Notes under the pieces: generated by a model
What the model was told of the DNA's origin: nothing
The model's input: the letters and a program-made list of their open reading frames with translations, nothing else
The model's database searches: none
Assembly (NCBI GenBank): GCA_028534125.1
Contig: CM052816.1
Coordinates: 2,482,001-2,546,000, forward strand
Reading direction: 5' to 3'
DNA: 64,000 nucleotides
Origin: Lama glama
Lineage: Eukaryota
Made by a program: the position numbers and the translations under genes
Shown here: positions 1 to 11,250 of the stretch, one piece after another
Position numbering within the stretch: position 1 is the stretch's first letter
How the letters are laid out: the number at the start of each line of letters is the position of its first letter

Positions 1-959
1 ATCCTGTCACCTCCATCCAATTGCCTCCTTAAAAGGCCACAAACCTGGCTGAGCAGAGTTATTCTTCATGACTGGAAGTGGAATGGGGTTGGCATGCCAA
101 GTCCTCTTTGAAGACGTGGCAATAACAAGTGAGTGGGACTTAAAAGAGGTGGAATAGTGTTCCTGAAGTGACATACACTAGCTAAAAAATATACAGCAAG
201 GAATTCCACCCAGAATATGGGAAGATTTTAGACTTGGTGGATACTCCGCGGACCCCTGAGGTCACGGATCTCGCCCTGACTTCTCCCCAGGGGAACCTAT
301 CTTTGGAGAATCACTATTCTATTAAAATAAAGCACATTTGGGAAGGCAGAGGAAATATAAGTTGAACCACATGTACTCCAACCAGCCTATTATGTATTTT
401 ATGGCTACACTTAAGTGGGACAAAAATGAGCACCCTAGGACTGGAAGCCCTCGTCTCATTTCTCAACTCCTTTCCACTCCACTTCCCATTACTCTAGGGT
501 TTTATTATTTTAAGAGTTTAATGTTTGTCCATTTAAATCGGGACAGCTGGGTAACTCACTCAGCATAATGCTTTTATAATTTCAGTTACAAAAGTAATAA
601 TGATGATTGAGAGCCAGACATGTTTCAGTTTCCTAAGATTGTGATCCACCACCACGAAATTTTGTTAATATAATACCAGATAAATATGTTGCATGTGGAT
701 TCATCCAGGAAGTTGGCCTTCTGCAGGCAGTCAACTCAAGTGGTCAGGAGTTTGTCAGTGACCAATCCCTCGTACACAAAACAAAACACCATGGAAGACA
801 ACAAGAACTACATTTTACAAAGAATTCCCACTGTCCTGCTGATGAGGTTTCAGCGAACACAAGCACACAACAAAAACAAAACAAATTGAAGCATAAAGAC
901 AAAGCACACAAGAAAGATCAGATCATGAACGGGAACAGGCCAATATAACAAAGAATAGA

Positions 960-1045
960 AGCATTGTGCTCTACACTGGAAATTGATACAACACTGTAAA
1001 CTCACTGTAAACACAACACTGACTATAACTCAATAAAAAAAAAAA
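960..1045 (+). mobile_element. Lineage-type (camelid-like) L1 extreme 3' end with A-tail
   Basis: 'tgtgctctacactggaaattgatacaacactgtaaac...gactataactcaataaaaaaaaaaa' closely matches the 3' terminus of the L1 copy at 33905-34535. Confidence 0.75.
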
Positions 1046-1059
1046 GAAATGAAAAGACT

Positions 1060-1400
1060 TTGATGAAGGAATTGGAGGAAGGTGGCTAAAAAGCACAAAT
1101 CTCCAGTTGTAAGATAAATGAGTACTGGGGATGTAATGTACAACATGATGGCTGTGGTTAACACTGCTGCATGGTACACTGAAAAGTTGCTAAGGGAGTT
1201 AAAAGTTCTGGTTATAAGAAAAAAAAAGGTAACTATATGAGGTGATGGATATTAACTAAACTTACAGTAGTACTCATCATGCAATTTGTATGCACGTCAA
1301 CTCGTTATGCTGCACACCTTAAACTTACAGAGCGTGGATGCCGATTATACTTCCAAAACACTGGAAGGAAAAAACATAAATAAATAAATAAAAATTTTAA
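1060..1400 (+). mobile_element. L1 3' UTR fragment (L1MA9-like)
   Basis: 'ccagttgtaagataaatgagtactggggatgtaatgtacaacatg...atgctgcacaccttaaacttac...ctggaaggaaaaaa' followed by a (TAAA)n tail. Confidence 0.8.
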
Positions 1401-1507
1401 ACAAGAGGAAAAAAGAGAACTACACTTTAAATAAAAAGATACAGGAAAGTATGTCCCCATGTCCTGGTTAAAACTCTGATATTAATTCTATGCAAACTAT
1501 ATAACAT

Positions 1508-1680
1508 ACATTCAACTAACATTTGTCTACTGTTTATAGAATGATGCCAGGCACTCAGGGAGAATTCAAAAGAAATGGAAAGAAATCACAGTTCCATTGC
1601 CTCGAAGAATGTTTATTCTAATTGGAGGGAAGAGACATGGAGCCTGCACTCATTAGGCAGGTAAGTTTCAAAGTAAGCAG
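1508..1680 (-). mobile_element. L2 3' fragment
   Basis: Degenerate match to the antisense L2 end ('ttcaac..cattt....tgccaggcac...gcctcgaagaatgtttattcta'). Confidence 0.55.
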
Positions 1681-2149
1681 CTTATAGCTGAGTAGCAATT
1701 AGGTACTAGAGACAAGTCAGAAAAGGGAGCTACGGTGTGGGCTAGAACGAGGAGGAAAGTGCCTACGGGAAGGAAAACACGCAGGGTTTTGAAAGAAGCA
1801 AAAGATGATCCCCGAAAGAGGCTCTGAGTCAAGAATAAAGGATTATCAAGTAATGCTTTTCAAAGAACTCAGTCTCCTCTGACCTGTGCAACAGGTGCTC
1901 CGGGCTGGGAGGAAGCAGAGAAGGACCATTTTGCTTATTTTAAAGAAATGGCTGAGAAATCAAGTGATTTCCTCAGAGTTCCATACCAAATTTGACACAT
2001 TCCCTGAGCTCAGCTGCCCTGTGAGTTCCTCGTAAGCCATCAGCTTAGACAAATCCAAGGAAACTGGCCTCTTTTTAGTCCTCTGCGCAGGTCATATATG
2101 CCGAGAGCCGGAAAAATGTCAGAAATTAAGAGTACTACGTTTAGTAATA

Positions 2150-2262
2150 AAAATCACAGTTCATTTTTACGAGCACTTCCAATGATTATCATCTTGACTT
2201 TACAAATGAGAAAATGAGGCGCAGAGAGACGGAGTCACTTGTCTGTGGGTTACCCAGTCCCA
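2150..2262 (-). mobile_element. MIR fragment
   Basis: Antisense MIR core 'tttacaaatgagaaaatgaggcgcagagag..gagtcacttg'. Confidence 0.6.
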
Positions 2263-2287
2263 AAGCGCAGGTTCTTCACTGCTCTCC

Positions 2288-2450
2288 ATCAGGCTCTCTA
2301 AGTGGGGGCCCTGGACCGGCAGCACCAGATCGCCTGGGGATGCGAAGTCCCAGGACCACCCCAGAAACTCCAGGGCTGGGACCCAGCAATCTGCGTTTCT
2401 AAAAGCCTCCCGGGGGACAGTGATGCAGGCTCAAATTGGAGAAGTTCTGC
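2288..2450. mobile_element. MER5A-like hAT-Charlie MITE
   Basis: 'ctggaccggcagcacc...gggacccagcaatctgcgtttctaaaagcctccc..g.gacagtgatgcaggctcaaattggagaagttctg'. Confidence 0.75.
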
Positions 2451-2689
2451 TTATACCATTTCTCTGACTTCTGAGTTTAAACAGGGTTCGTGTAAGCAGG
2501 GGGAACAAGGAAGAAAAGTCTTTACCACTAAGCATCCGTGGGGGGACCAGAAGCTTTGAACATCTCTGAACAGGTGAGGAGCCCACACCTGCCAACCAGT
2601 CTCAACATGGAGCTGCTACTCATGAATGAAGGCACAGGCTGGGCACAGGGACCAGCTCCTAGGATGACGCACTCCGGGGTAACAGCTGC

Positions 2690-2785
2690 CGGGTAGATGC
2701 TACAAGCCCAGCACTGCCACCAACCAGCACTGTGACCTTAGCTGAGTCTTTAACCTCTCTGCGCCCTAATTTCCTCATCTGCTCC
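2690..2785 (+). mobile_element. MIR fragment
   Basis: MIR core 'tgtgaccttagctgagtctttaacctctctgcgccctaatttcctcatctg'. Confidence 0.7.
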
Positions 2786-3198
2786 AGGAAGCCACTGGGT
2801 TACAAGATTGGTGCTTTCCCTCCCGGCTCTAAAACCCCTTATCTTAAGACCTTCATTGCAGAGCCGGGACAGAATTAGCTGCTGTACTGAATGGCAGACT
2901 AAGAAGGTGGGAAAAGAAGATGACTCAGAGGCTTAAAGGATTCGGGGTAATTTATTATGGAAGGAGGTGGGGGCTGAGGCTAGGAAGGGTCCAGACTGGA
3001 GGAGAGAGGCAGGGAGGGAACTATAGTGCATCCCAGATGTGGAGCAGGGGATCAGGGGGAGGGATGTGGTGAATCAGACGTGCTTGGGAGATCAGCGTAA
3101 GCAAATGAGTCTGTGCGCCGTGGAGACAGGTGAGTTTTCACCTTGACCGTGCAGTGGAGCCATTGAACACACTGATTATTATTTTTCCTTTAACCTAA

Positions 3199-3440
3199 CA
3201 GAGTGCTTTTCAATCAGGGGCAATTTTGCCCCTCAAGAGGCATTTGGCAATGTCTGGGGATGTTTGTTTATCACAACTGGATGTGTGTGTGCTGGGGAGG
3301 TGCAACTGGCATCTAGTGGTGGAGGGGGCAGAGCTGCTGGGCTGCTGCTAAACATCCTACAATTCACAGGACACCCCCACCCCACAACAAAGGATGAAAT
3401 AGCCCAAAAGGTCAAGAGTGGCTCAACTGAAAAATCCCTG
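3199..3440. mobile_element. MER20 hAT-Charlie MITE, near full length
   Basis: 'ggggcaattttgcccc...catttggcaatgtctgg...ctggcatctagtgg...tgctgctaaacatcctacaa..cacaggaca...tgaaaaatccctg'. Confidence 0.85.
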
Positions 3441-3534
3441 ACCCAGTGGAGGAGCAGCAGACGATGGTTACTGTGTCCCATAGGGTTCTAAGCACTCTGC
3501 AGGCCTCCGCAACCCTCTGTTACTTACATCCTTT

Positions 3535-3650
3535 TTGAAACGAACTGTATACTTTTTGGAGCAGTTTTAGGTTCACAGAGAAACTGAATGGAAAGAACAG
3601 AGATTTCCCATTTACCCCCTGACCCCAGAAACCCACAGCCTCCTCCCCTA
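3535..3650 (-). mobile_element. Old L1 3' end fragment (L1MC-like)
   Basis: 'ttttggagcagttttaggttcacagagaaactgaatggaaagaacagagatttcccat'. Confidence 0.7.
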
Positions 3651-3684
3651 TTTGTGCTTACTTTTAGTAGCTGGTTTTTATTTT

Positions 3685-3800
3685 ATTTTTCATCTGTAAG
3701 AAACTGAGGCTTACAGGGGCTCCAATACTCAGCAAACAAGGTGCGGCCCTGGGATCTGGACTGGGGTCAGCAGAACTTGAAAGTCTGTGCTCTAGTGCAT
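3685..3800 (-). mobile_element. MIR fragment
   Basis: Antisense MIR core 'gtaagaaactgaggcttacag'. Confidence 0.5.
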
Positions 3801-4025
3801 GGCCGAGGTCTTTCCAAGGCTCCGCTGCCTTCCCTGTTGAGTTAACCTGTCAGATCTGCTGCGAGCACTCGAGGCAGAAAGGGGGCTGAGTCTGCTTCTG
3901 AGGGCCCAGGACCTTTTAATTTGGAGCCTCTCAATGACTTGAGACTCTCACTACTATTTCATGGGATGAACTGAGAAGAAGTTCAGGCACTGGAAGCAAA
4001 CAGACTGCAAAAAGACAACTGTTTG

Positions 4026-4305
4026 ACATAGTAAACAACCTTACGATTCCCGGGGGAAAAGGGGTAGGAAGGGATAAATCTGGGAGTTTGAGATTTGCAA
4101 ATGTTAGCCACTCTATATAAAAAAAGATTTCAAAAACCCACCAGATTTCTTCTGTATAGCACAGAGAATTATATTCAATATCCTGTAATAACCTTTCATA
4201 AAAAAGAATATGAAAACGAATGTATGTATGTGCATGACTGAGACACTGTGCTGTACACCAGAAATTGACACATTGTAACTGACTGTACTTCAATTAAAAA
4301 AAAAA
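4026..4305 (+). mobile_element. Camelid-type L1, 5'-truncated 3' UTR
   Basis: 'gggataaatctgggagtttgagatttgc...tgtatagcacagagaattatattcaata...gaaattgacacattgtaactgactgtacttcaa' plus A-tail; degenerate TSD aaaagacaactgtttg (~4010-4025) / ataaaacaattgcttg (~4306-4321). Confidence 0.85.
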
Positions 4306-5718
4306 ATAAAACAATTGCTTGGTAAGAGTCTACATGAAATGACTGTTCTCCAAGCATTTAAATGCCTTTGCAGGCTTTCTTCATTCTTTCCAGAGGGGTC
4401 CTGGGTATCAGCTGATAGGAGAGGTGAACCATGAAAAATGCTGGGTTCCAGTCAAAGTAATTCCATTAGGGGCAGAAGTGGCTTGCTGAAACACAAGGAA
4501 GGGAAATCATTTGCAGTGTACCAGCAGCTGGGCCCAAATGACATCACTTGCCAAAAATCAAAGGAAATGAGCTAATCAGATATGCATAAAAGCCCTTTTT
4601 GTTTGCTTGCTCAGAAAGTTACAATTTGGTTTCAAGCTAGAGGTGGGGAAAAAAAATCTCTTTGAAAAATTTTGGCCCTGATATTTTGCTTCTTTAAATT
4701 GTTTTCAGTGATTGGCACAGACATGAAAATAAAATGCTTGAAATATTCTCAGGTCTGCACATTAGGAGGAATAACCACAGGAATGTTACTTTCACAGGTT
4801 CCTGCCAGACATTTGATGGTCCTCGGCTCCAAAGAACTTACATCCTTTGGTCTTTGTACACTATATCCCTTCACATTTTGAACTTCCCTTTCTGTTTCAT
4901 GGCAAGTTCATCCAGCTCTGTGGTTGAGTAAATGCATATTAAATTGAGGGTAGAAGGCTGTGGGTAAAATAGAATCAAGTGGTGTTAAATAAAAGAAGCT
5001 TAAGGCAAGGGATTCAAAGTGACCCACCTGGTAAAGGCAAAGAGGGGAGGATCCAGCCTTTCCCCAAGGATGGAGGCAGGAGATGGTGCCAGGTAGGCCT
5101 TGGGGTTTGGGGGCACTAGATCAGCAGCAAGAGAATGTAAGGAATGGAAGCCTCTGGGTTCTCGCAAAATCCACCTGCTGCTTCTCCTGGCCTCTCACCA
5201 TGGAGTTGAGCTGGTAAAACACAGCAGGATTTTACTGTCACACGTACTGAGCCAGCTCAGTCTTCACTTAGGAGCTATCTGAGGGCTATCAGAGACAATG
5301 CTCGCTCCCAGGTGACAAGGTGCAGTGAGGGAGTCAGTGTTTCAGCTCAGGGGGCGGATGAGGTGGGGTCCAGTTAATTGAAGGGCATGCTCTTCCCTTG
5401 AAGTTATCCAGAGACGAGCTGGGTTAGCCAGCCTCAGGGACAGCCCAGCTGCCAGGCAGGACTAGCAACCCCCATGGTGACCATTCATAATGGACACCTG
5501 AAAGTGTCAGGGCCCGGGAGGGAGCTGTGCTTCTGCTCCCCCCAGCCTCCCCAGAAGCTCTATTTACTTCTAGGGAAAGGGAGATTTTATGACAGCCTAC
5601 GGCAAAAATAACCTTATAGGTCCTTTAAGAATGTTTCCTTTTTTTTTAAGGAAAAAAGAAAACAAAAGTTTCTCTATAGATTGAATCTCAGGAAGTTTTA
5701 TGAAATGTTTTTCTCTAT

Positions 5719-6607
5719 GACTGAACAACAAAAACAACCTTATTAAAAAGTCATCAGAGAACCTGAATAGATATTTCTCCAAAGAAAACATACAAATATT
5801 TCCTGTGCCGATAAGCACAGAAAAATATGCTCTAACGTTAATAATCATTCGGGCAATGCAAATGAAAGCCACGAGGAGATAGCGCTTCCCCCATTAAGAA
5901 GGCCATCAAGCCCACAGAAAGGAACAAGGGCAGGTGAGAATGGGGACAAACTAGAACCCTTGTGCCCTGTTGGTGAGCACGTCAAATGGCGCACGCAGCT
6001 GCTGTGGAAAACGGGACGGCGGTTCCTCAACAGGTTAAAAAAACAGAATTACCATGTGATCCAGCAATTCCACTTCTGGGTATATATCCAAAATAACTCA
6101 AAACAGAGTCTCAAAGAGATACCTGTATATCCATGTTCACAGCAGCATTATGTTATTCACAACAGTTAAAATGTGGAAGCAACCTAAGTGTTCATTGATG
6201 AATGGATAAAGAAAATGTGGGATCAGTAGACAATAGACTATTATTCAGTCTTAAAAAGAAAGGAAATTCTGACACATGCTACAACTTGGATAAACCCTGA
6301 GGACATTATGCTAAGTGAAATCAGCCAGTCACAAAAAGACAAATACTGCATGGTCCCACTTATCTGAGGTGTCGAGAGGAGTCAAATTCATAGAGATGCA
6401 AAGCAGAACGGTGGTTGCCAGGGGCTGGGGGCAGAAGGGGAAATGAGTTATTGTCTAACAGATACAGAGTTTCAGCTTTGCAAGATGAAAAGAGCTCTGG
6501 AGATGTATGGTAGTGCTGATTGCACAGCGACATGAATGTACTTAATACCAATGGCTAAGATGACAAATTTTATGTAATATGTATTTTAGCACAATTAAAA
6601 TAAAAAA
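5719..6607 (+). mobile_element. L1MB-like element: decayed ORF2 3' end plus 3' UTR
   Basis: L1 hallmarks 'gaatagatatttctccaaagaaaacatacaa', 'gatccagcaattccacttctgggtatatatcc', 'ggacattatgctaagtgaaatcagccagtcacaaaaagacaaatac'. Confidence 0.9.
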
Positions 6608-6669
6608 GTCATTCTCAGGAGGTGTGGCTGTGGAGGTGGTAGCTCTCTGTGTGATCTGAAAAAGTCTGA

Positions 6670-6890
6670 TGATAATAAGATTCTTACCATCTCTTGAGTG
6701 TTGACTGTATGTCAGGAACTGTCCATAAACCTCATGTAACCCTCACTACAGCTCCATAAAATGGGCTTCACTGTTCCTTTGGTTCAGAAAAGGCACCTGT
6801 CTTTCCCCTTATCACACAGACAGTAAGTGGCAGAGGGTTTGAATCTAGAACTGTGTGGCTCTGAAAGTTCACACATCTGATCACATGCTG
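6670..6890 (-). mobile_element. MIR
   Basis: Antisense MIR tail and core ('tgagtgttgactgtatgtcaggaactgt...gtaagtggcagagggtttgaatctag'). Confidence 0.65.
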
Positions 6891-6917
6891 TCTCACGTAG
6901 ACTTCATTCATTAAGCA

Positions 6918-7065
6918 TCTTAAGGTAGACATTATCAATCGCCCATTTTTTTTTTTTTAATAAATGAGGAGACTGAGGCTCAGAGAAGTTACATGGACAA
7001 CAACTCTAGAAAGAGACAGAGCCAGGATGCAAAGTCAGGTTTGTCTGATCCTAAAATCCCATCCT
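6918..7065 (-). mobile_element. MIR
   Basis: 'aaatgaggagactgaggctcagagaagtta...agagccaggatgcaaagtcaggtttgtctga'. Confidence 0.75.
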
Positions 7066-7194
7066 TGGTCCATTATAAAACACTCAATTGATTTTCTTAA
7101 TTTTAAAACCAAATCTGTATCTTGCCCAATGACTTCCATCTTGATTGCAGCATTTTCCAATTTGAAGGCAGAGGAGACAACTCTCATTAAACTC

Positions 7195-7415
7195 TTCACA
7201 TGTTCCAGGAACCGTATTTCTAAGAAATTTACATGGATTAACTAATTTAAGTCTCACAATCACCTCAGGAGGTGGATTCCATTATTGTCCCCATTTTAGA
7301 GATGGGGAAACTGATGCCCAGAGAGATGAGGTGAACTTGCCTTGGACATAAAGCTGGTGGTTGGCAGGGTGAGGATTCAGATCCAGGGGGTGGGCTCTGG
7401 GGAGGTCACGCTACA
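7195..7415 (-). mobile_element. MIR
   Basis: 'attattgtccccattttagagatggggaaactgatgcccagagag..aacttgcc'. Confidence 0.8.
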
Positions 7416-7713
7416 CAGTCACTCAGCCTCGCTAGCAAATTAGAATTAACCCTGAGGATTTCATGGAAAATCCACACTGGAAAACTTTGGCTACATACAG
7501 TATTTAGGAATGGAATGGGATGGGAGGATACTCAGGAGGGATAGTTTTATGAAAACAGCCAGGCCTATTTGCTACTTATTTAGTTGGATTTGTACTCAGA
7601 CAGTTCAACTGAGCTTATCTGTGTTTCTTTTAAAAAGTTGTTGAACACCCAGGCTGCTATGTTCAATGGCTCTAGAAGCGATCTGAATCACTAATAGTAA
7701 AAGTCGAATGTTG

Positions 7714-7837
7714 TTGTTTGTTTTTGGCAGGGAGGTAATTAGGTTTATTTATTTATTTTGATGGAGATTCTGGGGATGGGACCCAGGACCTCCTGCATGC
7801 TAGGCACACACTCTACCACTTGAGCTACACCCTCCCC
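7714..7837 (-). mobile_element. tRNA-derived SINE (camelid Vic-1-like) with 17-bp TSD
   Basis: Minus strand reads GGGGAGGGTGTAGCTCAAGTGGTAGAG...AGGAGGTCCTGGGTCCCATCCCCAG (Pol III A/B-box tRNA head) with an A-rich tail; TSD gtaaaagtcgaatgttg 7697-7713 / gtaaaagttgaatgttg 7838-7854. Confidence 0.9.
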
Positions 7838-8559
7838 GTAAAAGTTGAATGTTGATAAGAGATGCTACTGTGGGTGGCCCAGCCACATATTTCAGGGCAG
7901 TTCTGAGGTTCTCTGTAAGAGTTTAGCACATTCTGACTTAAGATGAGGCTTTTCCCTGTGCTGCAGCCGCCCTCCTTGAGAAACTGATATAAACTTGACA
8001 TCTCACTAGGCCAGGCCCTGGGCTGGTACCTCCCACAGCTGGTGTAAGGACCGTAGAGAAGGAGGTGGCTGGGGCATTTCAAAAGCCTCAAAGTGTTGGG
8101 TGCCTGAACCAATTCTTTCCTGGGTGGTCTCCAGTCTGCCGGGGAGGCAGACCCTTCAGCGCCCACCATGTTCAGTGGAGGCCCTTTGACTTAGCACATT
8201 CAATCCTCTGTGGTATTATTAGTATTATGTGCCGGTGCCATCCCCAGTGCCGTCTCAATTACCCATCACGCATCATACTCTCTACAGTGTCTCTAATGCT
8301 AGAGCTGGGGACCAGCTGCTCTAGATCAAAAGAAAGAACAACAGGAAAGTCTGTACACAAATGTCTGGGTGTCAGACACTCCACCTTCGGGGTAACCATC
8401 AAATCTTCAAATCTGTGGCTACAGGAGAGAATGAATGGAGAATTCTGGCGTTCTCTATTGCCAGAGGGTTGAATTTTGTTTTACTCTGTTTTAATATTCA
8501 ACACATATAATCTTAACATACAGTAATGGATTTGTTTGTGCTTGTGAGTTGTATCACAT

Positions 8560-8603
8560 GAGAGTGTGTGAGTGTGTGTGTCTGTGTCTGTGTCTGTGTG
8601 TGT
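8560..8603. repeat. Compound (TG)n/(TGTGTC)n microsatellite
   Basis: Direct reading. Confidence 0.85.
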
Positions 8604-8769
8604 AGTGGGGAGGAGGGGCTTAGGTTGTAAGGTGAGCTCCTAAGTGATGGATTTTCCTTCCACTCTGCAGAGATAAATCTGCTGAGGCCTTCAGGCAAGA
8701 GGTCCAAAAATTAACCTACACGTAACATGAATTCCTCACTTGCATTTGTCAGAGTGAAGGTTCTACGTG

Positions 8770-8990
8770 ATACACAGCTGAGTCGGGGTGGGATGGATGC
8801 TGGACCCCTAATACCTGGGTATAAATCCTAGTTTTGCCACTTACTAGCAGGGTACCTTTGAACAAATTACCTAACGTGGGTAAAATAAAGATTAATGCAT
8901 AGAACTACCTCACAGGGTTGGGAGGACTGAAATGAAGGGAAGTGTAAGAAATGTGCTCAGAACAGTTCCTGGAACATGGGAAGTGATGGA
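8770..8990 (+). mobile_element. MIR
   Basis: 'acctgggtataaatcctagttttgccacttactagc...ctacctcacagggttgggaggactgaaatga...cagttcctggaacat'. Confidence 0.8.
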
Positions 8991-9274
8991 TACATCTTCA
9001 CTCAAGAACTGTGTAATCTCATGTCCAGTACGCCACCTGAACCTCACCTCACCTCTGCCTCTAGTCCTATGACTCTCCCCCTCTTGTTGCTTCTGTATCT
9101 TCAAAAGCTGAAAGAACCACTGTAAAGGGGAAAGGCCAGGGAGGAACTGAATGGGTGAAACCAGGACCCCGGGACTGAGTGGGAAGACGTCTAGGAAAAC
9201 CCACACTTTCTTCTCCCACACACATAAGGTGCTGCCATCATCTCACTCTCTTCCCGGTTGTTGGAAGCAAGCTC

Positions 9275-9445
9275 CAGAGAGCAATTAAGCACAGGGGCTT
9301 TGGAATCAAAGACCTCTGGGTTGGAGTCCTTGCTTTGCTGAGGCCACAGCAAGGATCTGAAGCTGACAGAATACCAGTTTCGTTTTGTACAGAGTGTAAC
9401 TGGTGACACTGACCTTACTGGGTTAGGATGAGGTTTAGAGTCGTT
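9275..9445 (+). mobile_element. MIR
   Basis: MIR head 'taagcacaggggctttggaatcaaagacctctgggttggagtcc'. Confidence 0.6.
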
Positions 9446-11034
9446 AATACCATCACTATGGTTTTCTAGTTCTACGGAAACAGGACGCAGGATGGGAAGA
9501 GGACGTTAAGGCAGAGACCGTCAGAAAACAGGAAACCTATTTTCAGCTTTGCCCCTAACACCACACCTTTCAGAGCCTGAATCCTAAGCTTACTGCCTCT
9601 TGGGGTGTTACCCAGAGCCAAGAAATTCTGCCTCCTTGCAAAGAATCCACCCTTTTTTCTAGAAGCTGCCTAAGAAAGAGACAAAAAACAAAAGCCTAGT
9701 TTCCCAGGTTGCCACTCGGAGCGTAATAAAAGCCACTTGGAGGGCCTACGAGCAGAGGACGGGGATGGGGGGAGGGGACTCTGAGTGCAGAGGGGGGAGT
9801 TCAGGGCTGTCTTCCAGGTCTAATTGCAGCACATTCCTGAGATCTGTCGTCATTCATCGAGCCACGATGCGAATGCCTCAGTATGATGGGTGGAGAGGAG
9901 TTAGAATATCTACGAAAGACACGCAAAAACATATGCTGACCCCTTCAAACCTATGACCATATTCTAAGTGGAGCCAAACTAAATGAAATCAAGGTCTCTG
10001 TCCAGCATTTGAGAGCCAGTGAAAATAGGAACTCAGTGTTTCTCTGAATTCACAGAGTATATTACCTTCGTCATAAAATTGGGGACTTTCAAATCTAATT
10101 TGTTCAGCGCTAGTGCCGTTGAAGGCTGGGCAGACTTCCAAAGGAAATCACCTCCACGCAAACAGAGATTAGCAGCTCTCCACTGGAGACATATGGGAAT
10201 GATTCTCTATAATCTCCAGTAATTGTGGCTGCATTACATTCAAATCCTGTTTTCAATTTTCTTAAACTTCTAGACTGATTGTGTTATTAAATCATGCTGG
10301 CTGATGTGTTTAATAAGGACCTATTAAATGTTTATAAAATTAGGGAAATAAATATGGGCTTTTAGTCAGATTGCCCAATGGATCTGGTAACCTATTGTTA
10401 AAATAACAGCCCTGCTGTTAAATCTGGGTCTCCTGATTACGTACGCTGGTCCTCACTTTAAAACACTATCCCTGCCTTCAAGCAGAGCTGTTGATTCTAA
10501 CACTCCATTTGCTGAAGAATTTGGCGCCCCTCTTTCCACTCCACGAAGAAAGAAATACATTCAAAGACCACTAACTGTAAGATATAGCGTCTCGGCTGAC
10601 AAGAAATGTCACCTCTGATTCCAGTGAAGCTGTGACACCACCGATTTCCAAAGAAGACCCAGAGAGACCAGCTCAGTTGTTGTAGTTATTGTTGAACCAG
10701 TCACCTGGCTTAATTTCAAACTGGAAGTTGCACTGAAGTTCTCCAAGGCCTTCAGCAGAAAAGCATGATCAGTCTTTAGATGGGGGAAGGGACAGTTGGC
10801 TAGGATTTAGGCAGCAGGGAGAGGGAACAAAATCCATTCTTCAAACAGGAATGATTTTGGTATTGAATCTTGGTGCTCACGGATGATTGGAGGAGGAGAG
10901 TTCTCTGGGACATTGCTCAGATGGGTTCAGCAACTTTTGCTGGCTTGTCATGTGAAAGCAAGAGCTAGAAATCCTTGCAGAAGAGATCCAGGCATGGATG
11001 GCTAATGCCATTTTAAAACAGAGGCTAATTTAGG

Positions 11035-11190
11035 TGCCCAAGAGTGTGGGCTGCCGGGGCAGAGGGATTTGCATCCAGTTCCGTATTTGATCATGACTTA
11101 ACATGAGGGAAGGCATTTCCTCATCTCTGAGACGGAGATGTTAACAACATCTACCTCTATGAGTTGTTCTAAGGATTAAATAAGACATGG
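11035..11190 (+). mobile_element. MIR
   Basis: 'tttcctcatctctgagacggagatgttaacaacatctacctctatgagttgttctaaggattaaataaga'. Confidence 0.7.
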
Positions 11191-11213
11191 TTAGGGCCCA
11201 AAAGCAGTTATTT

Positions 11214-11250
11214 AAAAAAAAAAAAAAAGAGAGAGAGAGAGAAAGAGAGA
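11214..11250. repeat. Poly(A) run followed by (GA)n
   Basis: Direct reading. Confidence 0.85.

Noticed and set aside
3931..4293. Peptide KYSQLQCVNFWCTAQC, repeated at ~60195
   Set aside because: It is the antisense translation of the same L1 3' UTR family in two copies, not a duplicated gene.
7760..7837. tRNA-like sequence (also 34850-34924)
   Set aside because: It is a SINE head with tail and TSD, not a tRNA gene.
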